Shown here: one piece after another, positions 30,566 to 38,396 of the stretch
Numbering within the stretch: position 1 is the first letter of the stretch
How the letters are laid out: each line of letters opens with the position of its first letter
Source: Planctomycetaceae bacterium
GTDB taxonomy: Bacteria > Planctomycetota > Phycisphaerae > Phycisphaerales > UBA1924
Assembly: GCA_021294835.1 (NCBI GenBank)
Contig: JAJTDF010000007.1
Span: forward strand, 6,341-70,340
Reading direction: 5' to 3'
DNA length: 64,000 bases
Position numbers and translations under genes: made by a program
The notes under the pieces: model-generated
Database searches by the model: none
Seen by the model: the letters and a program-made list of their open reading frames with translations, nothing else
Told to the model about the DNA's origin: nothing

Positions 30566-32557
30566 ATGATGCCCCGTCCGCTGGCCACACTGCGACGGGC
30601 TTGGAATGGCCCGGCGGACCTGCCGACGGTCGCCGCCGCCGATGACCAACTGCTGCGAGGCAAGCCCGGGCCGTGGGTGTGGGCCGGTCGGGGGGCGTGT
30701 GTGCTGCTGGCTGTCGTGCTGGTGGGGCTCCCGTTGCCCCTGCTGCTGAGTCTGGTGGCGACGCGATGGGCGATCGTTGATCCGGCCTGGTGGCTGGCGG
30801 TCCGCGCGGTGTTCCCGCTGGCGGTGCTCGGCGTTGCCACGCTGGTGGCGTACCGTCTCGGCCACTTCATCATGGTGCATGCGTGGTGGAGCCAGGCGGG
30901 CGGCACGTGCAACCGCTGCGGGCATGGGCTTGAAGGCCTGCCGGTCGAGCAGGTCGGAGGCGATCCGACCGTCAGGTGTCCCGAGTGCGGCACGCTGATG
31001 ACCGTGAAGGCCGAGGACGTCGATCCGGCCTCGCCGCGGATCGCGGGCGATCACGGGCACAACCGCTTGGTGATCACCCTCGCCCAGCAGCGGCGGCTCG
31101 CCGCCATGTGGCCGGCCGCAAGGCGTCGGCTGCTTCGGCGGACCGTGCTGAGCGGCTCGGCGGTCGTTGTGTTGGTCCTGGCGCTGCCCATCGCCGTGTT
31201 CGGCGTGAGGCTCGGGTTCGCTGCCATCGATGCTCGGCAGGCGCGTGCCGATCTGGCGAGGTTCAACGCCACGCTTCGCCCGCTCGATGCAAGCGTGTCG
31301 GGCGTGGTGGCCCAGTTGCAACGGGCACGGGCCGAGGCGAGGGCCGGCGGTGCCGACCTGTACGCTGATGTGTGGCAGATGATGCCGGAGCGGCTTGGGC
31401 TGTGGCTGCCGGGCGGGGTGATCGCACGGTCGCCCACGACAGTCGACTGGGGCCGTCCGCTCCGCGTTCTGCTGGCCCGCCCCCTGCTGGCAGAGGCACT
31501 GGCCGCCCTTGAGCATGGCGCGCCCCCAGCCCCCGAGCGGCAACCGCCACCGCTGCAAAGCCTGCGAGAACTGGCGGCGAACCACTTCCTCGCGGATGAT
31601 CCTGCAGCCCTCTGGCTTGAGCACGGGATCTCGCTGGGGCTGGTGGAGGCATTGATCAGGGCCGAAGCCGGCCGGTGGCGCGAGGCGGCGGAGATGCTCG
31701 TGGCGACCGATCGATTCGGCCGCGCTTTTGCCCTCAGCCTGCCCATGTGGATGGTGTCGCAGAACCTGCGGCTGAATGACGCGGTGGTGGAACTTGTTGC
31801 TCGGCTGCTGCTCGAGCGACCGCCGGCGGAGTTCATCGACGCCATCGATGCTTCGGGCCTGCTGACCACGCCCTGGGTCGACCGCGATCTGCACAACGCG
31901 GCCGATGCCGCGGCCAGGCTGTTCCACGAGGCGTGGCTGTTCTCCGATCCGCTGAACCACGCTCTGATGCCCTGGTATGACCCGGGCGAATTCGCAGACA
32001 AGCGGCCCGAGACGGTGCCGGAGTTCATCGCGGCGTGTCTCAGTCTGCCGCGCGGGCGATATGCCCAACGTGTTGAGCCGTACCGGTCACTGGCAGAGAG
32101 GCTCCTGCGGGCGGAGGCAGTGGGGCGCCCGCAGCCGTTCGACCATCACGTGCTGGTGACATCCAGCAATCCTGCACAGGCCGGCATCAGTGACCGGTGG
32201 ACTGGGTTGGCACGATCAGCACTCGGCACTCAACTGGCGTTGGCGGCGCTCCGCTGCGAGCGGTGGATGGGAGGGCCGCCGGCAAATGCGGCCGAGTTGG
32301 CGGCCACCGGGTGCTGGCAGGCAGCGCCGGCCAGCGCTGCCCTCTGGCAGTCGGTCACCATCACGGTTCGAAAGGTGGTCGGCGGCGGGCGGAGCGTGCG
32401 ATGGCACGAGATCGTCACCGCCCCGCTGCACGAGCCGGACGGCATGAGCGACGAGCATCTGGTGTTCCCACATAGCAGGATGAGTTGGGAACTGGCCGCG
32501 CTGCTGCGCGACCCGCAGTGGCACGTGTGGTGGCCGGTGTTCAGATCCGCCCCCTGA
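30566..32557 (+). CDS. Hypothetical membrane protein, zinc-ribbon paralog 2 of 4 (663 aa)
   Basis: Same architecture: two helices, CNRC-19 aa-CPEC (30908-30988), third helix, then the blocks AEAGRWREAAEMLVATDRFGRA and LERPPAEFIDAI. Confidence 0.72.
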   Translation: MMPRPLATLRRAWNGPADLPTVAAADDQLLRGKPGPWVWAGRGACVLLAVVLVGLPLPLLLSLVATRWAIVDPAWWLAVRAVFPLAVLGVATLVAYRLGHFIMVHAWWSQAGGTCNRCGHGLEGLPVEQVGGDPTVRCPECGTLMTVKAEDVDPASPRIAGDHGHNRLVITLAQQRRLAAMWPAARRRLLRRTVLSGSAVVVLVLALPIAVFGVRLGFAAIDARQARADLARFNATLRPLDASVSGVVAQLQRARAEARAGGADLYADVWQMMPERLGLWLPGGVIARSPTTVDWGRPLRVLLARPLLAEALAALEHGAPPAPERQPPPLQSLRELAANHFLADDPAALWLEHGISLGLVEALIRAEAGRWREAAEMLVATDRFGRAFALSLPMWMVSQNLRLNDAVVELVARLLLERPPAEFIDAIDASGLLTTPWVDRDLHNAADAAARLFHEAWLFSDPLNHALMPWYDPGEFADKRPETVPEFIAACLSLPRGRYAQRVEPYRSLAERLLRAEAVGRPQPFDHHVLVTSSNPAQAGISDRWTGLARSALGTQLALAALRCERWMGGPPANAAELAATGCWQAAPASAALWQSVTITVRKVVGGGRSVRWHEIVTAPLHEPDGMSDEHLVFPHSRMSWELAALLRDPQWHVWWPVFRSAP

Positions 32558-32594
32558 AACCGGAGCGAGAGCGTTCCGTTCGGAGGAATCACCT

Positions 32595-34547
32595 ATGCGA
32601 TGGCTCGTCCGCCGCCTGTATCGCGCCTTCCCCGAGCTTGACCCGTTCAGCGACCAGGAGTGCCGCGCCTTTGTGCATCGGGCCCGGTGGTCCAAGCGGC
32701 ACGTGCTCGTGCACCCGGCGTTGTTGCTCGGGACGTGGACGGTGCTCGCGGCCTCGTACTGGGGGCTGGTGCTCTGGCTGCTCGATGCGCCGGTGACCAA
32801 GGATGGGCAATGGTGGTGGTGGGTCTGGCGGCTGGTGGTGGGGGTGCTGGCGGCTGCGGCGGTGTTGCTGGCGGGCCTCCGGGTCCGGCATGTGCTGCTC
32901 CGGCGGGCGGTGGCGGCCCTGCTTGCAGCCCGCGGGGCGTGCGATGGTTGCGGGCATGGCATGGTCGGTGTGCTGGTGGGCGAGCAGGGGGCGGTGTGCC
33001 CGGAGTGCGCGCTGGTCAAGCGGCTGGCGGAAGGGGAAGCCGTGATGGCCGAAGACGGGCGCGAGCGTTTCCTGCCCCGGCCGGAGGGTGCGGCGCTGGC
33101 GATCCCATGGACGGCGCGATTGAGGCCGGTGATGCGGAAGGTGGGGCTTGCCGCCACCGGTGTGGTTGTCATTGCAGCGGTGTACCTCGCGGTCAACGAA
33201 GTGCGCATCCAGATCGATACGCGCGGTTACGCGGAGATGCTGGCACGCGAAGCGGCACCCCGTGGTGTTCTTGACGCACGCCTCGCTCGGGCGATGGAGA
33301 GTCTCGGTCAAATCGTTCAAGGGCGAGAGGCCGCGTTTGTGCAGACGCTGGAGTTCAGGCTTCTGGAACATCCAGACCTCGCTCTCGCGCCATGGGGCCT
33401 TCGGTCGGACTGGTTGACTGTCGCTCCCGAGGAGTTCGCAGCCAATGCGGTGCGGGCCGTGGCGATCGGCCAGTTGCAAGAGGCCTCTGTGCGAAGGGTC
33501 CTCGAGGCGCTGATCTCAGAGACTCAGCCGGATAGCTCCGGAACTGCCGGCGCTGTGCCTGCAACCAGCCAGTTGACCAGCATGATCCACGGGGTGACTT
33601 GCTGGATGGTCCGGCAGGCATTGGTCAGCGCCGAAGTGGGTCGCTGGGCTGACGCAGCGAAGTGGTTGATTCGGGCCGATGAGATCGGTCGGCGGGTCGG
33701 CTCCGTGTCGGGGGCGTGGGTGATCGATCAATGTCTGTACTCTCAGTCTCTGCTCATGCAGGGCGTGTGTCGGTTGATGATGGAACGGCCCCCAGATGAG
33801 TTCATCAAGCCCATGCTGCGATCGGCAGTATTCTCGGGGCTTTGGGTGAGCGATCAACAGGTGTGGGAGGTGGTCCGAAATCGGCTCTTTGCAAGAGCGT
33901 TCTCGCGTTTTCGGGATGCCGAGGACATCAGATGGCTTCCTTGGCACGACCCACGTGGCATCTACGGGGGCTCTGGTCGCCCGTCATCGATGCTGAGTCG
34001 GCTGCAGCAGCCACTGGGGCGCTTGCAGGAGCATGTTGATGCGGCCGACAAACTGACCGCCGCCATGCGAGCCTGGGCGCCGACCCGTTGGATGACCTTC
34101 TCTACGCCGACATTTCCGCCTACAGGCGTGTGGGCGATCGATGCGGCGGTGGTGAAGGTCCCGCGAGCAGTCGATGATGTCTTGGACCAGCCGGTCCACC
34201 TTGCGGCATTGCATGTTGCCGTGGCTGCCGAAGGCTTTGCCCTGCGGACCGGCTCAGACCCATCCAGTCTTGCCGACTTGCTGGGCTCGCCCGAGTTGCC
34301 AGTTCTGCCGGCGGCGCTTGCCGGCACAGGGAGTGGCGTTGGCTTGGCGATGCACACGTTCGCCGATGGTCATGCTCGGCCGATCGTCTACCTGTTCGGC
34401 CCGGATGGCCAGGACAACGCGGGCGGCAGGGGCGACATTCTCCTGCACCCCTTGCCCAAACTCATCGGACCTTCCGGAGCCCCTTGGCACACAGTCGACC
34501 CTGACCGCCCTGTCTTCATCGGCAGCCGACTCCCCCAGCCGCCGTGA
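32595..34547 (+). CDS. Hypothetical membrane protein, zinc-ribbon paralog 3 of 4 (650 aa)
   Basis: ATG preceded by GGAGGA. N-terminal box RAFPELDPFSDQECR. Two helices, CDGC-15 aa-CPEC (32940-33008), RFLPRPEG, third helix, then the blocks AEVGRWADAAKWLIRADEIGRR and MERPPDEFIKPM. The C-terminal FGPDGQDNAGGRGDI motif is pseudopilin-like. Confidence 0.78.
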   Translation: MRWLVRRLYRAFPELDPFSDQECRAFVHRARWSKRHVLVHPALLLGTWTVLAASYWGLVLWLLDAPVTKDGQWWWWVWRLVVGVLAAAAVLLAGLRVRHVLLRRAVAALLAARGACDGCGHGMVGVLVGEQGAVCPECALVKRLAEGEAVMAEDGRERFLPRPEGAALAIPWTARLRPVMRKVGLAATGVVVIAAVYLAVNEVRIQIDTRGYAEMLAREAAPRGVLDARLARAMESLGQIVQGREAAFVQTLEFRLLEHPDLALAPWGLRSDWLTVAPEEFAANAVRAVAIGQLQEASVRRVLEALISETQPDSSGTAGAVPATSQLTSMIHGVTCWMVRQALVSAEVGRWADAAKWLIRADEIGRRVGSVSGAWVIDQCLYSQSLLMQGVCRLMMERPPDEFIKPMLRSAVFSGLWVSDQQVWEVVRNRLFARAFSRFRDAEDIRWLPWHDPRGIYGGSGRPSSMLSRLQQPLGRLQEHVDAADKLTAAMRAWAPTRWMTFSTPTFPPTGVWAIDAAVVKVPRAVDDVLDQPVHLAALHVAVAAEGFALRTGSDPSSLADLLGSPELPVLPAALAGTGSGVGLAMHTFADGHARPIVYLFGPDGQDNAGGRGDILLHPLPKLIGPSGAPWHTVDPDRPVFIGSRLPQPP

Positions 34548-34707
34548 TCACCCCCGCTGCACGATGAGCGTCGGCCTCCGGTCTGGATGCCGCACTCCGT
34601 ACTATGGGCCACGCGGCGGGCCATCGACCGACCGCATGGCTGGCGGGCGATGGGCGGGATTCGTGGGCAGATGCAAAGTTGAGCGGGCGGGTGGCAGGAG
34701 GTGGTCG

Positions 34708-36705
34708 ATGCGTGTGATCGTGCGGCAACTCTGGCGGGCGTTCCCTGAACTCGATCCATTCAGCGACCAGCAGTGCCGCCTGTTCCTGCGGAGCGCCCGC
34801 CGCACGCGCCGGCACATGCTGCGGGGCAACGGCTTACTGGCTTCCGCCTTTCTCCTCAGTCTGCTCATGGTCGGCGGGCTGACCTTCGCGCTCTTCTATC
34901 ACATGCGCGATGGTGAGGTGTCGTGGTGGCCTCAGACCTGGCGGGTGCTGGTCAGCGGCGGCGGGTTCGCCGTCGCCGCTTTCGGGTTGCTTCGCTTGCG
35001 CGACCGCACGCTTCGCCGCTCTGTGCTGCACCTGTTCGCCACCCGTGGTTCGTGCGAGGCCTGCGGCCATGCCATGAGCGGTCTGCCGATCCCGGAGGAT
35101 GGGCTGCGCTGCCCGGAGTGCGGGCACCGCAAGGCCCTGCTGGAGGTTGAACGGACGCTGGATGAATCAGGACGGGTGCGGTTCCTGCCCAGGCCCGAGG
35201 GGTTGGAGGTCCATGATCCCTGGCAGTTGGGGACGAAACTCCGCCGGCTGGCCAAGCGTGCCGCACTGGTTGTGATCGCCTGCGTCGTGCTTCTTGGGGC
35301 AGCGGTTGGTGTGGCTTTGCTGGTGAATGAAGCGGCCAATCAGGCTGATGCGAGGCTGGCGGTGGCGGATCTGGCGGCGCTGTCGGCACCAGAAGTGCCG
35401 CCTGAGCCGGAGGTGCTGCAACTGCTCAACGGGCTCGCAAGACTTGAGGACAGGTTCGGTCCGGGGGCCGAGGCCCGCAGCCCGGACCAGACTCTGGACG
35501 ATATCGCTCGCAGCCCGGATCTGGTTCTCAGTGCGTTCGGAGTCGGTACCGATGTGTCGTCGACCGTCCGACATCCTCCGGCCGACGTGCGTGAGATCGC
35601 CCGCGCTGCCCTGATCGGTCACCCGTCTTGGCGGCTGCTCGCCGACGTCGTGCTGGGGCGAACCGCTCCGCCGATTCACGCGACAGACGGTGAGAACCCA
35701 GCCTTTGGCTGGCGGGGGCCTCCCGCGGCGTCGGTGCTGTACCGGAGCCACTTGGCCGCCCTGTCGCTGTGCGTCCTGAATGCCGAGCGAGGCGAGTGGC
35801 TGCAGGCCGCGGAGTTGCTGGCCGGCGCCGATGCGCTGTGCCGCAGGTTGGGGGCCGGCCGCTCGGTGCGCGACCTGTTCTTGTCTCAGCGCATGCAGGC
35901 TGCGCAGTTGCGTGTACTTCACCGCTTGCTGGTCGAGCGACCGCCATCGGCATTCCTTGACCGCATCGCCTCGTCATCACTGCTTGATGCCGTCTGGGTG
36001 GATGACGAGGCCTTGACGGACAGCCTGAGCAGGTGGGTGCTTGGGTCCGCCGTCGCTCCGAACTACCAGCACCCCGAGGCTCTGCGCTGGTTGCCCTTTG
36101 CGGATCCCGAGCAGATCACCGCCGCGCCGTCCAGATCTCTTGAAGGTCTCCTGGCGAGGATGACGGTGGCCCGACTCGGACGGTACGAAGACCATCGGCA
36201 GGCCCTGCGGCGGAAGGTTGAGGGCATACAGGCCGCCCTGGCCGGACCGGCCGACCCGATCATTCCGGTGGTCCTTCCCGCCAGCGGCTCCCATCTTGTC
36301 GACTCGTTCACACCCATGCTCTCCCTCGCGGTCACTGAGGTGGTGCGACTGAAGCACGATCTGGCCCTCGCCCGCGTAACGCTCGCCGGTGAGCGATTCA
36401 CCGTTCGGGAGGGTCGCCGCCCGCGGGATCTTCAGGAACTGCTCGACTCGGGCTTGTGCCCACACGGTCTGGGCGCGCTGGCCGAGGTCACGCCGGCCAT
36501 CCGCCTCACTTCTCTGCCGACGGCCGATGGACGGCTGGTGACGGTGATCTACACCGCCGGTCCAAATGGTCAGGACGAGGGGGGTGCCGGTGACGACGCG
36601 ATGTTCTTCCCCACACACATGCTCCTGCAGGCCGGCGGTGTGACCATGCAAGGCGGCAAACCTGGGCCGGCCGATGTGGTCTTCAAAGGCGCTCGGCCCG
36701 AGTGA
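34708..36705 (+). CDS. Hypothetical membrane protein, zinc-ribbon paralog 4 of 4 (665 aa)
   Basis: ATG at 34708 preceded by AGGAGG; the longer ORF from 34174 overlaps paralog 3 and was rejected. N-terminal box RAFPELDPFSDQQCR. CEAC-15 aa-CPEC (35053-35121), RFLPRPEG, then the blocks AERGEWLQAAELLAGADALCRR and VERPPSAFLDRI. C-terminal AGPNGQDEGGAGDDA. Confidence 0.78.
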   Translation: MRVIVRQLWRAFPELDPFSDQQCRLFLRSARRTRRHMLRGNGLLASAFLLSLLMVGGLTFALFYHMRDGEVSWWPQTWRVLVSGGGFAVAAFGLLRLRDRTLRRSVLHLFATRGSCEACGHAMSGLPIPEDGLRCPECGHRKALLEVERTLDESGRVRFLPRPEGLEVHDPWQLGTKLRRLAKRAALVVIACVVLLGAAVGVALLVNEAANQADARLAVADLAALSAPEVPPEPEVLQLLNGLARLEDRFGPGAEARSPDQTLDDIARSPDLVLSAFGVGTDVSSTVRHPPADVREIARAALIGHPSWRLLADVVLGRTAPPIHATDGENPAFGWRGPPAASVLYRSHLAALSLCVLNAERGEWLQAAELLAGADALCRRLGAGRSVRDLFLSQRMQAAQLRVLHRLLVERPPSAFLDRIASSSLLDAVWVDDEALTDSLSRWVLGSAVAPNYQHPEALRWLPFADPEQITAAPSRSLEGLLARMTVARLGRYEDHRQALRRKVEGIQAALAGPADPIIPVVLPASGSHLVDSFTPMLSLAVTEVVRLKHDLALARVTLAGERFTVREGRRPRDLQELLDSGLCPHGLGALAEVTPAIRLTSLPTADGRLVTVIYTAGPNGQDEGGAGDDAMFFPTHMLLQAGGVTMQGGKPGPADVVFKGARPE

Positions 36706-36863
36706 ATCGCAGCGTGGACTGCCGGGATGGGATGCTTATCAATTGCCCGGGCACACGTTTCCAGAGGGCAGACGGTGGGGGTTGGGGGGGGCGGTCGGTC
36801 CCCGGTCGCCAGAGTTCACATTGGGCGGCCATGCTCGGACGCCGGTGCAAGGAACAATTGTGG

Positions 36864-38216
36864 ATGCAGACTTTCGTGAACAGGGCGGCTGGCTGTTGGC
36901 CGAAGGGCGGCACGCGGGCGGTGCGTGGAGCGGCATGGCGGCCCGGCCGCACCACCGTGATCGTTCTGCTTCTGGCGGTGTTGCTGCTGCTGGGCGGGGT
37001 GGTCACCTTCGTTGTGCTCCGCTATGGGTACTTCGGCCCGAATGTTCCGCGACGGAGTGACTGGCCGGAGGCGAGACGGGAGCATCTGCTCAAGGTGGTG
37101 GCGCGGCTGGGCGGTCGGCAGACGCTCGGCGAGGCCAGCGGTTGGGATTATCTACAGGCTGCGGTGACGGCCCATTTGGCCGCACACGGTGCCGCCGGGG
37201 TGGACGTTTCCAGAAGTGGGATGGTTTTCGACGGCCCGTTGGCACACTCCGAGGAGCAGATCGCGGCGTACATCTTGGGCTTTCGGGAGGCCGGGGGGAT
37301 GGCGAGTCTTGACCTGCTGGCTTCGGGTGGGCCCGGGGTCCAGCCGCTTTCAGGGTTTCTGGTGGATCCGTTTCGTCAGGCGGAATCGCCAACCCGTCGA
37401 CCGATCTTGTCGAGTGTGCGGGATCTTGCCCGGGCACTGGCCTACGACATCCGACGTGCGGGGACCAGCGGATCAGAGGTGGTGGCACATGCCCGCCGCT
37501 TGGCGGCTTTGTCCGCCTCGGCTGTGCAGGATGGCAATCTCCTCGATGGTCTCATGAGCATCGCTGTCGCAGATGCTCTGGACCGGGCCGTGATCGATCG
37601 CGCGCTGAGCGCCGCCCGATTGCAACCTTCCGAGTTGGCCGAGATCAGAAAGGTGCTCTCGCAGGCCGGGCACATGAGCTTGGGCGAAGCCCTTGAGGGG
37701 GAGCGGTTGGCCATTCGTCAACTGATCGACGACGTAGTGAGCGACAGTCCGCTGAAATCAAAGTCGCGTTCGGCGCAGATCTCGGCGGTCGAGGCCTTCT
37801 TCGCATGGGCGCAAAGCGTCATTGATCGTCCGCCCGCAGAGCGGCGGATGCTGGCCGCGGGCGGCTTTGTTTCTGGAGCGGAGCCTCGTTCGGTCGCCGC
37901 CATGGTGATCCCATCGACTCACAAGATGTTTCAGTCGAGCGAGCGGGTGGCCAGTTCACGTGCGGCAACCATCCTTGCTTTGGCGGCCCTGGAGTTCCAA
38001 GCTCGGCACGGCCGTTTGCCGCAAGCCCTTGCCGAACTTGTGCCTGAGTTTCTCCAAGCCATTCCGCTGGATCCGGTCAATGACGAGCCATTCGTGTATG
38101 CATTGGCAGATGCGCCGGCTGGGTTCACCATCGTGAGCCTTGGTGAAGATGGCAAGCCAAACGTCCGGCCCGGTGACGGAGACGATCTCGTGCTGGTCCC
38201 GCCCCGCAAGGACTGA
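36864..38216 (+). CDS. Hypothetical single-pass membrane protein related to the C-terminal part of the four paralogs; GspG-like C-terminus
   Basis: One hydrophobic helix (TTVIVLLLAVLLLLGGVVTFVVL). DRPPAE block. C-terminus LAALEFQARHGRLPQALAELVPEFLQAIPLDPVNDEPFVY...SLGEDGKPNVRPGDGDDL. Start uncertain: ATG 36864 has AAGGA upstream. Alternatives are ATG 36831, or GTG 36702, which overlaps the paralog-4 stop as GTGA. Confidence 0.62.
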   Translation: MQTFVNRAAGCWPKGGTRAVRGAAWRPGRTTVIVLLLAVLLLLGGVVTFVVLRYGYFGPNVPRRSDWPEARREHLLKVVARLGGRQTLGEASGWDYLQAAVTAHLAAHGAAGVDVSRSGMVFDGPLAHSEEQIAAYILGFREAGGMASLDLLASGGPGVQPLSGFLVDPFRQAESPTRRPILSSVRDLARALAYDIRRAGTSGSEVVAHARRLAALSASAVQDGNLLDGLMSIAVADALDRAVIDRALSAARLQPSELAEIRKVLSQAGHMSLGEALEGERLAIRQLIDDVVSDSPLKSKSRSAQISAVEAFFAWAQSVIDRPPAERRMLAAGGFVSGAEPRSVAAMVIPSTHKMFQSSERVASSRAATILALAALEFQARHGRLPQALAELVPEFLQAIPLDPVNDEPFVYALADAPAGFTIVSLGEDGKPNVRPGDGDDLVLVPPRKD

Positions 38217-38396
38217 GCCGCGTTCGGAACCCGTGGCCGCGGCCCGTCTCTGCCCCCTCGCCAGCGTTCTCCCCACCAACCGACAGCCCTGTTCGTCCGC
38301 CGCCTCACACGCTGGTCACACCCCTCACCCGGCTGCGACCCCGACCGACCACCCCCCGCCCGGACCCTCCCCGCGACTCACGATCTACACTGCCCC

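Noticed and set aside
29879-32068. 729-aa minus-strand ORF; also 28993..30369 (minus) and 32216..33208 (minus)
   Set aside because: Arg/Pro/Gly-rich with no hydrophobic core or motifs. They are antisense to the paralog genes, whose conserved cysteines, helices and shared blocks support the plus-strand frames.
34174-34707. Upstream extension of the paralog-4 ORF (track start 34174)
   Set aside because: It overlaps the 3' end of paralog 3 in another frame and is Cys/Arg/Ser/Thr-rich junk. The ATG at 34708 has an AGGAGG site, and its N-terminus aligns residue for residue with paralog 3.
36702-36863. GTG 36702 (GTGA overlap with the paralog-4 stop) as start of the fifth gene
   Set aside because: Not excluded. 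However, the added 54 residues are low-complexity and Cys/Arg/Gly-rich with weaker GC3, and there is no ribosome-binding site. ATG 36864 has AAGGA upstream. It is recorded as an alternative in the feature.
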